From positions 1 to 28,472 of the forward strand of contig CBDCCS010000008.1 in assembly GCA_965214935.1 (NCBI GenBank): a DNA stretch of 28,472 nt, written 5' to 3'. Both the position numbers and the translations under genes were made by a program. The DNA is from Candidatus Velthaea sp. Lineage in GTDB: Bacteria; Vulcanimicrobiota; Vulcanimicrobiia; Vulcanimicrobiales; Vulcanimicrobiaceae. Under the pieces are notes generated by a model, which worked only from the letters and a program-made list of their open reading frames with translations, had not been told where the DNA came from and made no database searches. Positions 16,686 to 25,522 of the stretch are shown piece by piece. The number at the start of each line of letters is the position of its first letter. Within the stretch, counting starts at the first letter, position 1.

Positions 16686-17660
16686 CTGCGGATCCTGCTT
16701 TCACGCACCGACCGGCTCGGCGACCTCATTCTATCGACGCCGACGATCGCAACGTTGCGCCGTTCGTTTGCGGCCGCCCACATCACCCTGGTCTGTAGCC
16801 CCTACAATTCGATCGTCGTGGCGCGGTCGCCGGACCTCGACGCGGTCGTCGAATATGCCGGCGAATCGCCCGAGGCATTCGGGCGTCGCTATGCCGGCAC
16901 CGATCTTGCCATTGCGCTGGCGCCGCGGGCGCTCGATATGCGCATCATCGCGGGCACCCGGGCGCCGCGGCGGATCGGGTACACCTATGCCCGCCGCTAT
17001 CTGACCCGGATTGCCGCTCGGCGCTGGCTCACCGACGTTCTCGTCTCCGAAGCCGATCCGGACCGCGCCGATCGCAACCCGCACCTCACGATCCGTCACG
17101 AGGTCGACCAGGTCTTGAGCTTGGCGGCGGCGGCCGGGGCCCGCGCCGTCGCACCCGATCTGGTCGTTCCGATCAGCGATAATGACCGGGCGGCGATCGC
17201 GGACCTGCCGGCCGGCGCCGTCGTCATTCACATCGGCAAACGCTGGGGCGAACGCGGCAGTACGCCGGCTAGTCTGGTTGCGCTGTGCGCCGACCTGCGG
17301 CGACTGGGCCGCCCGCTCATAGCTACGTACGGCGACGACGGCGCCGCGCTCGCCGCAGACGTTCAAACGGCGGGCGTTGCCGACCGGGTCATGGGCCGGC
17401 TGCCGTTCGCAGTCTGGGCCGCAGCGTTCGAGCGCGCGGCGTGCGTCGTTACGATCGATACCGGCGCGACGCATGTGGCCGCGGCAATGAAAACACCGAC
17501 CGTCGTTCTGTTCGAATTTCGCTATTTTCGTCTAAACTCGCAAGAATGGTCGCCGTACCGGGTGCCGAACGCCGTTTTGCGCAAACCTCGCAGCGAAGAT
17601 GCCGCCGCCTTACAAGCGTCGCGGCACGAGATCGTGGCGGCGGTCGCCTCACTTTTATGA
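16686..17660 (+). CDS. Glycosyltransferase family 9 (heptosyltransferase-like); probable CTG start
   Basis: In-frame LRILLSRTDRLGDLILSTP from CTG 16686, upstream of the ORF-track start at 16755. C-terminal TIDTGATHVAAAMKTPTVVLF. AGGCGG lies 5 nt before the CTG. Confidence 0.88.
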   Translation: MRILLSRTDRLGDLILSTPTIATLRRSFAAAHITLVCSPYNSIVVARSPDLDAVVEYAGESPEAFGRRYAGTDLAIALAPRALDMRIIAGTRAPRRIGYTYARRYLTRIAARRWLTDVLVSEADPDRADRNPHLTIRHEVDQVLSLAAAAGARAVAPDLVVPISDNDRAAIADLPAGAVVIHIGKRWGERGSTPASLVALCADLRRLGRPLIATYGDDGAALAADVQTAGVADRVMGRLPFAVWAAAFERAACVVTIDTGATHVAAAMKTPTVVLFEFRYFRLNSQEWSPYRVPNAVLRKPRSEDAAALQASRHEIVAAVASLL

Positions 17661-18565
17661 ATGCAATGCTTCGTATCTCCGTCGTGATCCCGACCTACAA
17701 TCGCCTCGACACGTTGCAGTACGTCATCCCGGCGCTGCTGGCGCAAGACCTACCGGCCGAATCGTACGAAATCATCGTCGCCGATTCGCTCTCGAACGAC
17801 GGCACCGCGGAGTACTTGGCAAAAATCGCTATCGAAGCGCCGCGCGTCCGCCACCTGCCCGGTCCGTACTCCGGGCGCGCATCGGCGCGCAATGCCGGTA
17901 TCGCTGCCGCGCAGGCGCCGCTCGTGCTTTTCACCGACGCCGACATCATTGCAGCGCCCGATCTCTTGTCGCGCCATCTTGCACGGCACGCTCAGCCGGG
18001 CACGCCGCGAGCGGTCGTGGGGCTCGAAGTTCAGGTCAGCTCGTACGACGACTACGTACAAAAGAAACGCAATCCCGCAAAGGTCGACGAGTTACATCCA
18101 CGCTCGCGCAAGCGGCTTGACTGGCTGTACTTTCTTACCGGTAACGCGTCGGCGCCGCGCGCGCAACTCGATCGCGTCGGCGGTTTCGACGAAGCGTTCA
18201 CCGGTTACGGGCACGAGGATCTTGAACTCGGCTACCGGCTCAAGCACGCCGGCGTTGCACTTGAATACGAGCCGTCCGCGGTAAATTACCATTGGCATCC
18301 GGTTCCGTTCGAGCAACAGCAAGGCCGTATGCGGTTGGCCGGTAAGTCGACGGTCCGATTTTACCGGAAACATCCGACGCTGGGCGTCGTGGCGAAGCTT
18401 GGAATGACGCCGCTCTCACTTGCACTGCACGACGTGGTCGAACGTGCGCCGTTCTTAAAATCTTGGATCGAAAACAACGCGGCGAAGCCGGGCTTCGCGC
18501 GGACGTTATCGTTTCAGTATCATTATTTAACCGGGGTGAAGGCGGCTCTGCGCGGTGATGGTTAA
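17657..18565 (+). CDS. Glycosyltransferase family 2
   Basis: ISVVIPTYNR, ARNAG, FTDAD, FLTGNAS and YGHEDLELGYRL motifs. ATGA overlap at 17657-17660. Confidence 0.92.
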   Translation: MNAMLRISVVIPTYNRLDTLQYVIPALLAQDLPAESYEIIVADSLSNDGTAEYLAKIAIEAPRVRHLPGPYSGRASARNAGIAAAQAPLVLFTDADIIAAPDLLSRHLARHAQPGTPRAVVGLEVQVSSYDDYVQKKRNPAKVDELHPRSRKRLDWLYFLTGNASAPRAQLDRVGGFDEAFTGYGHEDLELGYRLKHAGVALEYEPSAVNYHWHPVPFEQQQGRMRLAGKSTVRFYRKHPTLGVVAKLGMTPLSLALHDVVERAPFLKSWIENNAAKPGFARTLSFQYHYLTGVKAALRGDG

Positions 18566-20369
18566 CGTGGATCCGCTGGACTCGGCGTTCGCGACATGCG
18601 GACAACTGCGGCCGGCAGACGCCGGCGCCGGCGTTCGCTTACGCGGCTGGGTCAATCGCCGGCGCGATCACGGCGGTTTGATTTTTATCGACGTCCGCGA
18701 TCGTGACGGCTTGACTCAGCTCGTGTTCGACCCGTCGGACGCACAACTCGGCGGTGACACGTTCGCCGTTGCCGAGCGATTGCGGAATGAATTCGTCATC
18801 GAGGTCGGCGGCGTGGTGCGCTCGCGCAAAGCCGGCACCGAAAAGCGCGATCTTCCGACCGGCGAAATCGAGGTCGCCGTAACGGCAGTCGTTATTCTCA
18901 ATGAGTCGCTCACACCGCCATTCGTCGTTGCCGCCGACGACGATGTCGATGAAGCGGTGCGGCTGCGGTATCGCTATCTCGATCTGCGACGCGCGCGCAT
19001 GCAGCGTAATTTGACCGTGCGGCATCGCATCGTAAAGGCGATGCGTGATTATTTCGATGCTCGCGGATTTTTAGAGATCGAGACCCCGACGCTGATCAAG
19101 TCGACGCCCGAAGGAGCGCGCGATTATCTCGTCCCGTCGCGCGTTCATACCGGCTCGTTTTACGCGCTGCCGCAATCTCCGCAATTGCTCAAGCAAATTC
19201 TGATGATCGGCGGTTTGGGCCGCTACATGCAGATCGCGCGCTGCTATCGTGACGAAGATTCGCGTTCGGACCGGCAGCCCGAATTTACGCAGCTCGACGT
19301 CGAGATGACGTTCGTCGGCGAAGACGATGTCATGGCGATGATGGAAGGCTGCGTGCGCGAGGTTTGGCAACGCGCGCTAACCGTCGATATTGCCGCGCCG
19401 ATCGAACGTTTGACGTACGAAGACGCGATCCGGCGCTTCGGTTCCGACAAACCCGACATGCGCTTCGGCCTCGAACTCGTCGACGTCGCGCAGATATTCG
19501 CGCAAAGCGGCTTCGAGCGCTTCGCCGGCGCGGCGGCGCGGTCCGAGAATCGCATCGTTGCCTTGCGGTATCCGGGCGGCGCGGCGTTGTCGCGGCGCGA
19601 GTTCGATGCTCTGGGTGAAATCGCGGCCGGTTTCGGCGCCAAAGGGCTCGCCTACATCACCCTGACGGCCGACGCCGCCAAAGGTCCGATCGCGAAGTTT
19701 CTGACAGCGCGCGAAATCGAAGATCTGCGCGTTGCGACCGCCGCACGAAACGGCGACGCGCTGTTTTTTATCGCCGACGCTGCTGCGGCGGCGAGCGATG
19801 TTGCCGGCCGCTTGCGGCTTGAAATCGGGACGCGGCTCGGTTTGCGTAACGCCGCAAGTTATGCATTTTGCTGGGTGTATCACTTTCCGCTCTTCGAGCG
19901 CAATGCGGACACCGGCGAGATTACCTTCTCGCATCATCCCTTCACCGCGCCCGGTCCGGGCCAGAGCGACCTGTTCGACACCGATCCGTTAGCCGTGCGC
20001 GCGCAACACTACGATCTCGTGCTCAACGGTTTCGAGCTCGGCAGCGGTTCGATCCGAAATTTCCAAGAGCCGTTTCAGCGCAAGGTTTTTCATCGGCTCG
20101 GTCTCGACGATGCTACGATCGAAGATCGCTTCGGCTTTTTTATGGAGGCATTGCGGTACGGCGCACCGCCGCACGGCGGAATGGCGCTCGGTGTCGACCG
20201 GATCGTGATGCTGGCGTGCGGAGAGTCGAGCATTCGTGACGTCATCGCGTTTCCAAAAAATCAAATTGCGCGCGACGTGATGATGGATGCGCCGTCGAGC
20301 GTTCCGCGCGGCGCCCTGCGCGATCTGGGTTTGCAGCTTACGGCCAAGCCGCCCGCGGCGCCGGGATAA
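18555..20369 (+). CDS. aspS: Aspartate--tRNA ligase, probably non-discriminating (Asp/Asn)
   Basis: GWVNRRRDHGGLIFID, STPEGARDYLVPSR, ALPQSPQ, RQPEFTQLD and YGAPPHGG motifs. His in RRDHGG is typical of the non-discriminating type. Confidence 0.98.
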   Translation: MMVNVDPLDSAFATCGQLRPADAGAGVRLRGWVNRRRDHGGLIFIDVRDRDGLTQLVFDPSDAQLGGDTFAVAERLRNEFVIEVGGVVRSRKAGTEKRDLPTGEIEVAVTAVVILNESLTPPFVVAADDDVDEAVRLRYRYLDLRRARMQRNLTVRHRIVKAMRDYFDARGFLEIETPTLIKSTPEGARDYLVPSRVHTGSFYALPQSPQLLKQILMIGGLGRYMQIARCYRDEDSRSDRQPEFTQLDVEMTFVGEDDVMAMMEGCVREVWQRALTVDIAAPIERLTYEDAIRRFGSDKPDMRFGLELVDVAQIFAQSGFERFAGAAARSENRIVALRYPGGAALSRREFDALGEIAAGFGAKGLAYITLTADAAKGPIAKFLTAREIEDLRVATAARNGDALFFIADAAAAASDVAGRLRLEIGTRLGLRNAASYAFCWVYHFPLFERNADTGEITFSHHPFTAPGPGQSDLFDTDPLAVRAQHYDLVLNGFELGSGSIRNFQEPFQRKVFHRLGLDDATIEDRFGFFMEALRYGAPPHGGMALGVDRIVMLACGESSIRDVIAFPKNQIARDVMMDAPSSVPRGALRDLGLQLTAKPPAAPG

Positions 20370-20397
20370 AAAGAGCTCGTCGTTCGTACGACGAGCT
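20367..20397 (-). terminator. Intrinsic terminator between convergent operons (U-tract on - strand; possibly bidirectional)
   Basis: Perfect 10-bp stem AGCTCGTCGT (20374-20383) / ACGACGAGCT (20388-20397) with a 4-nt loop, followed on the - strand by CTTTTTA. Confidence 0.75.
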
Positions 20398-20430
20398 GCT
20401 TGCAGCACCACGACGACAATCACGAGCGCC

Positions 20431-20622
20431 TTAGAACTTAGAGCGCCGCGTCTCGCGAAAAAGCATCTTTTTGTTAAGTTCGCGTAGCGCGTCGATGGAC
20501 TTGCGGTGATCGTCGGAACGCGAATATTTACTTGCCGCGCGCAGCGAAGCGTCGAGACTGCGTTCGCGAGCCGCGTACACGATAAACGCGGCGAGATCGC
20601 GATCGTCGATCCGGAAGTTCAT
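20431..20622 (-). CDS. Small hypothetical protein (63 aa, basic C-terminus)
   Basis: ATG lies 11 nt after the UDG stop with AGGG upstream. Sits between UDG and the terminator. Confidence 0.5.
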   Translation of the reverse strand: MNFRIDDRDLAAFIVYAARERSLDASLRAASKYSRSDDHRKSIDALRELNKKMLFRETRRSKF

Positions 20623-20633
20623 AGACCCTAAAT

Positions 20634-21359
20634 TTACCCAATGCCGCCCGAATTATTCGCCAGATCCCGCGCCCGCGCGAAAATTTTGTCGAGCATCGCC
20701 TCGGTGAGCACGCCGGTATTGGTGTTCTGGCGGCTCGGGTGATAGGACGCAAGTCCCACAATCGCCGGTGAGCCGGGCAACGCCACGGCCGTTTCGGCAC
20801 CGTGCGCAAACCGAGCGCGCGGAGAACGGTACGCGCCGTTTCTACGCACCAGCGCGTGAAACGTATCGTCGGCGATTTTCCCAAGCGTCACGACGACGCG
20901 CACGTTACGCAGCGTTGCAAGTTCGGCGCGAAGATACGGTAGGCAATTCGCCCGTTCGACCGGAGTCGGCTTGTTTTGCGGCGGAGCGCAGTGCACGGCG
21001 GCGGTGATCAAGCAGTTCCGCAGTTCAAGTCCGTCGCCGGCATGCTGCGACGCTGCTTGATTGGCGAAGCCGGCCCGAAACAAAGCGCGGTACAACCATT
21101 CACCCGACGCATCGCCGGTGAACATGCGGCCGGTTCGGTTGCTGCCGTGCGCGCCGGGAGCCAGGCCGATTAGGACGACTTGCGCGAGCGGGTCGCCGAA
21201 CGCCGGCACGGGCTTGCCCCAATAGGTCTGATCGCGATAAGCCCGGCGTTTGTCGCGCGCTACGGCCGCCAGATAATCGACAAGTTCCGGGCAGCGGCGA
21301 CAAGCCACGACCGACTGCTCGATGAGGTCGATTGTCACCGGTGCCGGCGCCGGGCTCAA
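20634..21359 (-). CDS. udgB: Uracil-DNA glycosylase family 5 (UdgB-type, 4Fe-4S)
   Basis: CRRC, YWGKPVPAFGD, GLAPGAHGSNRTGRMFTGDASG, CAPPQNKP and YHPSRQNTNTG motifs. TTGA overlap with the trmL stop. Confidence 0.92.
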   Translation of the reverse strand: MSPAPAPVTIDLIEQSVVACRRCPELVDYLAAVARDKRRAYRDQTYWGKPVPAFGDPLAQVVLIGLAPGAHGSNRTGRMFTGDASGEWLYRALFRAGFANQAASQHAGDGLELRNCLITAAVHCAPPQNKPTPVERANCLPYLRAELATLRNVRVVVTLGKIADDTFHALVRRNGAYRSPRARFAHGAETAVALPGSPAIVGLASYHPSRQNTNTGVLTEAMLDKIFARARDLANNSGGIG

Positions 21360-21874
21360 CGCATCTGCGGGAAGCCGAGTCGCGCGAGTGCCTCGTATGC
21401 GACGATCCCGACGGCAGTCGAGAGATTGAGGCTCCGCACGGCGGGGCTGCGCATGGGTATGCGTAACGCCCGCTCGGCATACGTCGCGAGGACGCTTGCC
21501 GGAAGTCCCTTGGTTTCCTTGCCGAAGACGAGCGCATCTCCGGCTGCGAACGGTGCGTCCCGGTAGCTTTGGCCGCCGCGCGTCGATAGCAGCCAGCACC
21601 GCTCGGGTGCGATCTGCGCGAAAAAGCTACCGAGGTTCGGGTGCATGACGACATCGAGTTGGGCCCAATAATCGAGGCCGGCACGTTTGAGAGCGCGATC
21701 GTCGATCGCGAAACCGAGCGGTTCGATCAGATGCAGAGCGCAACCGGTCGCCGCGCACAGGCGCGCGACATTGCCGGTGTTCGGCGGGATCTCCGGCTCG
21801 ACGAGCACGATGTGCAACGGTGCACGATCGACAGCGCCGGCCGGTGCAATGCGGGTTGCAGGTTGCGTGCTCAC
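21356..21874 (-). CDS. trmL: tRNA (cytidine/uridine(34)-2'-O)-methyltransferase
   Basis: HIVLVEPEIPPNTGNVARLC, KRAGLDYW, FGKETKGL and RSLNLS motifs. GTGA overlap with the upstream peptidase stop. Confidence 0.95.
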   Translation of the reverse strand: MSTQPATRIAPAGAVDRAPLHIVLVEPEIPPNTGNVARLCAATGCALHLIEPLGFAIDDRALKRAGLDYWAQLDVVMHPNLGSFFAQIAPERCWLLSTRGGQSYRDAPFAAGDALVFGKETKGLPASVLATYAERALRIPMRSPAVRSLNLSTAVGIVAYEALARLGFPQMR

Positions 21875-22743
21875 CCGTTCGCCAGCCGCACGAGCTCGGC
21901 GCTGCGCGCCGCGGGGACGACGGCGAAAGCCGCGCCCCCGTGCGCCTGCCAAACGCGCTCGAGCGCTTTGCGGTCGTAGGTCGTGATGATGTCGGCTTGG
22001 GCGGGGTCGTTCAGACGCGGATGGCCGTGGCGGGTGAAGCCGCGCAGCACCGCAAGGTGCCCATCGCTGTGATCGAGCGGCGCTCCGGGCAAAACGCCGG
22101 TACCCCAAGAAAACGAGAGCGCCAGCGGGATCCCGGCGGCGATAAACGCGGCGGCATGACCGAGTCCGGCAACATGCGTGAGCGCCGCGCACAGACCGAA
22201 CCGGCTGGCATACGCCATGTTGAACGTCCAGTTCCCGGTGCCGCCGTAGCGATCGTCATAGACGGCTCGAACGACGTCGGCAATGTCGTGCGGCTTGCCC
22301 CAATACGCGAGCAGCATTGCAAGTGACGTCGGCGAGCACCAGGCCCGTTCGCTCGGATGCGTCTTGAGATATTGTGAGAACGCCGGAACATCGAGCGTGG
22401 TCTCGACTCGCGCCGATTCATCGGTTCGGCGATGGACCGGCGTACTCAAAGCGATTTTATCGAGCGGCGCGCTCGAGCGAACTTCGATGGCTACAATGGG
22501 GACGGCGGCCTGCACGATGTCGACGGCGATACGCGCGACATCGTCGGCACCTGATAACGAGCGCCGTCCCGCGGCCGTGAACTCGACGTACGGCAGCCAC
22601 GTCGACACCTGACCGTCGGCCCGGTAGACCGTTAGATCGATGCGGCCGCTGTCCGCAGTTGTATTCCATGAAACGACGGCCGACGTCGCCGGATCCATCC
22701 GCACGATCGTGCGCGGCTCCGTCGGCGTGACGAGTGTCAGCAC
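21871..22743 (-). CDS. Peptidase C39-like (papain-fold) cysteine peptidase, no signal peptide
   Basis: VPAFSQY, WCSPTSLAM (Cys), GNWTFN, GHLAVLRGF (His) and NDP (Asp). GTG 22743 lies 1 nt after the SBP stop. Confidence 0.85.
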   Translation of the reverse strand: MLTLVTPTEPRTIVRMDPATSAVVSWNTTADSGRIDLTVYRADGQVSTWLPYVEFTAAGRRSLSGADDVARIAVDIVQAAVPIVAIEVRSSAPLDKIALSTPVHRRTDESARVETTLDVPAFSQYLKTHPSERAWCSPTSLAMLLAYWGKPHDIADVVRAVYDDRYGGTGNWTFNMAYASRFGLCAALTHVAGLGHAAAFIAAGIPLALSFSWGTGVLPGAPLDHSDGHLAVLRGFTRHGHPRLNDPAQADIITTYDRKALERVWQAHGGAAFAVVPAARSAELVRLANG

Positions 22744-22744
22744 G

Positions 22745-24415
22745 TTAGATCGTCCATTCGAAACTGTTCCACACACCGGCAACGTCGTATTCTGCCGGGA
22801 CGTAATGCTGCAAGTCGCTATTGTAAGCGACGTAACTTACTTCCCAATATAAAAAAATAGCCGGCACTTGCGCGTGAATCCGTTCTTCTTCACGTTGATA
22901 AAGCCGTTTACGCGTCTGGCGGTCGAACGTCTTCAACGCATCTTCGCTCGTTGCGGTGATGATCGGATCGTTGAGGAACGCGACGTTGGCACCGTTCGGC
23001 GGCATATAATGGCCGCTCCAATTTCCGGCGTTATCGGGTTCGGGTTCGTTCGTATCGATGCTCCACGACAGATCGTACCGGCCGCCGTAGAGCGGCCCGT
23101 CTTGAGCGAACAAGAGGCTGGCCGGTACGTTTTTGATGCCGAGATCGATACCGACGGCGCGCAGTTGCTGCTGCATGGCCACCTCGGCCTGTTCGTTGCC
23201 CGGCTTGTTGGTGGCGGAGATGGTAAGGGCAAGCGGACTGCCGCGTTTGCGGCGGATGCCGCCGTCACCGACGGTCCAGCCCGCCGCGTCGAGCAAACGT
23301 CGCGCCTGCGCCGGATCGAACGTCCAGCGGGCGATGTGCGGCGCGGCCCACGAATCCGGCATGATGTCGCTGGTCGCGCGCATGTCGACGCCGTGATAGA
23401 CGTCGGTGTTGAGCCGATCCCAATCGATCGCTTGGGCGATCGCTTGGCGAACGCGGACGTCCGCAAGCTGCGGCCGTCGCGTGTTGAGTTCCAGATGACG
23501 ATAATTCGCGATGATGCGCTTGGCGATCGTTACGCCATCGAGCGTTTGCAGCCGCGGGACTTGACTTTCAGGAACGTTGTCGTAGACATCGATGTCGTGC
23601 GTTTGCAGCTGGGTGAACAGCGTGTCGGGATTCGGGACGATCTTCCAGCTCAAAGCGCGCAGTTTGGGCGGCCCGCGCCAATAATGCGCGTTGGGTTCGA
23701 ATTCGAGCGAAGCTCCGTGGTGCCACGCCTTGAGCAGCCACGGCCCGCTCGAAATCGGCGCGAGGTTGAAATCCGCCCGATTGAGATCGTGCAATCGGCC
23801 CAACAAATGCTCGGGCAGCGGCGGATACGATGAGCCGCCGCCGCCGCCCCAAATCTCGGACACGATCGCGCTGTTTACGCGCTTGAGCCGCACGACGAGC
23901 GTCGTCCGGTTCGGTACGTTCATTGAAGCGACGTCGTTCCAGCCGATCCGCAACTTGGTATTATTGCGCGGGTCGACTGCGGCGCGCCAAGTAAAGCGCA
24001 AGTCGCGTGCATCGAGCGGCGCGCCGTCCGACCACGTCAAGCCGGGCCGGATATGCAGCGTGATCGTCTTGTTGTCGCGGCTGACACCGCCGTTGGCGTA
24101 GGTCGGAATTTCGCGGGCCACTTCGGGCATCAGGTTGCCGCGTGCATCGTAGCGGAACACGTACGCAAAGAGCAGGGTCTCGATTTGATCGGCCGCGCCG
24201 TTGTGAGAGAAGAACGGATTGAGCGCGTCGGGTTCGTCGCTCGAACCCAAACGCACGTGACCGGCCTGCGTCCAGCTATGGCGCGCGGTCGATCCGGCCG
24301 GCGTCGAGTCGGCTACCTTCGCGCAGCCGCAGACTGCACCGAGTGCAAGCACGATCGCGCACGTTGCAACCAGGCGTGCGTGCACGTTGCGTAGCGCGCG
24401 CGTTCGCTCAAACAT
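22745..24415 (-). CDS. Peptide ABC transporter substrate-binding lipoprotein (family 5, OppA/DppA-like)
   Basis: Lipobox-like AVCGC, EPDALNP, WSDGAPLDARDLRFTW, SGPW and VRQAIAQAID motifs. Start is ATG 24415 or GTG 24385. Confidence 0.92.
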   Translation of the reverse strand: MFERTRALRNVHARLVATCAIVLALGAVCGCAKVADSTPAGSTARHSWTQAGHVRLGSSDEPDALNPFFSHNGAADQIETLLFAYVFRYDARGNLMPEVAREIPTYANGGVSRDNKTITLHIRPGLTWSDGAPLDARDLRFTWRAAVDPRNNTKLRIGWNDVASMNVPNRTTLVVRLKRVNSAIVSEIWGGGGGSSYPPLPEHLLGRLHDLNRADFNLAPISSGPWLLKAWHHGASLEFEPNAHYWRGPPKLRALSWKIVPNPDTLFTQLQTHDIDVYDNVPESQVPRLQTLDGVTIAKRIIANYRHLELNTRRPQLADVRVRQAIAQAIDWDRLNTDVYHGVDMRATSDIMPDSWAAPHIARWTFDPAQARRLLDAAGWTVGDGGIRRKRGSPLALTISATNKPGNEQAEVAMQQQLRAVGIDLGIKNVPASLLFAQDGPLYGGRYDLSWSIDTNEPEPDNAGNWSGHYMPPNGANVAFLNDPIITATSEDALKTFDRQTRKRLYQREEERIHAQVPAIFLYWEVSYVAYNSDLQHYVPAEYDVAGVWNSFEWTI

Positions 24416-25487
24416 GCAGCACGGACGATTTGACCAGGTGTCGCGCGATCGCATCGTATAACGCGCCTGGACCAAAGCGCACGACGTCGTCGCACGGCAA
24501 ATGCGTTTGGGCGCGCGCATCGTCGATTGCTACGCGCGCAGCGGCGTCGTCGAGGTCTTTGGTGTTGAGCGCAATTCCGACGACTTTGGCCGGTTTGACG
24601 CCCGCGCACAGTAATTCATAGGTCGCGATGAGATCGCGGTAGCTCAGAAGTGGAACGTCGTAACCGTCGATTTTCGTGCGCGAAGCCAAATGCACGAGCA
24701 CGAGTGCATCGGGGGCGCTGCCATATAGTAACGCGAGCGTCACCGGAGCGTACGCCGGATGGTTGATACCGCCTTGCCCTTCGACGATCAGCAGGCCGGC
24801 AGCCGTGTCCGCTGTTGCCGGCATGCGACGCTCACCTTCGAGGACGAGCTGTTCGGCGGCCCCGGCCGCGAAATCGGCGATCACGCGATCGATCGCGGTG
24901 CCCCAGCCGGCGATTGCGATGCCGGTTTGTCCGGTCGGCACGAAGACCGCCGCGACATTGCGCTCGCGCGCGGCGCGCGTCAGTTCCAAAGCGGCGGTCA
25001 TCTTGCCGACCGCGCAGTCGCTGCCGACGGTCAGGACGATCGTTGATTCGATGTCGTAAGCGGCGCCCGAAAAAAGCGGTGCCGCAGGTGGCAACCGCAG
25101 ATCCCAGATGCGCGAGTCATGCGCTTCGGCAAGCTCCGCAAACTCCGCATCGTCGCCCAGAATGGTGTGCAGGCCGCTAACGATTTCGAGGCCGGCGGCT
25201 AACGCAGCGGCAATCTCACGGCGGAACTCCGGCGGAAGCTCACCGCCCGCCGGAGCGATGCCCACAAGCAGTGACGTCGGCCGATGCACGAGACCTGCCG
25301 CGACATCGGCAACGATCGGTGCGTCGGAATCAAGATACGGCAGGACGTCGCGCACCCGCCGGCCGGCGTGTGCCGGATCGATGACGGCTACGGTGACATC
25401 GCTTGAATAAGCAATGACGCCGTGCGCGGTCTTCGCAGCGCGCGTTGCAAACACGTGCGGCGCTAAAATCAGATAACGGCGTTCCAT
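24408..25487 (-). CDS. DUF1611 family P-loop protein (DgcN-like D-glutamate N-acetyltransferase)
   Basis: AKTAHG, GIAPAGG, SGLH, VGSDCAVGKMT, TGQTG, DFAAGAAE and VEGQG motifs. AAGGAG upstream. Confidence 0.9.
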   Translation of the reverse strand: MERRYLILAPHVFATRAAKTAHGVIAYSSDVTVAVIDPAHAGRRVRDVLPYLDSDAPIVADVAAGLVHRPTSLLVGIAPAGGELPPEFRREIAAALAAGLEIVSGLHTILGDDAEFAELAEAHDSRIWDLRLPPAAPLFSGAAYDIESTIVLTVGSDCAVGKMTAALELTRAARERNVAAVFVPTGQTGIAIAGWGTAIDRVIADFAAGAAEQLVLEGERRMPATADTAAGLLIVEGQGGINHPAYAPVTLALLYGSAPDALVLVHLASRTKIDGYDVPLLSYRDLIATYELLCAGVKPAKVVGIALNTKDLDDAAARVAIDDARAQTHLPCDDVVRFGPGALYDAIARHLVKSSVLHV

Positions 25488-25522
25488 CGGTCCGGCAGCT
25501 CCTTGCGAGTGGATGGTACCGG

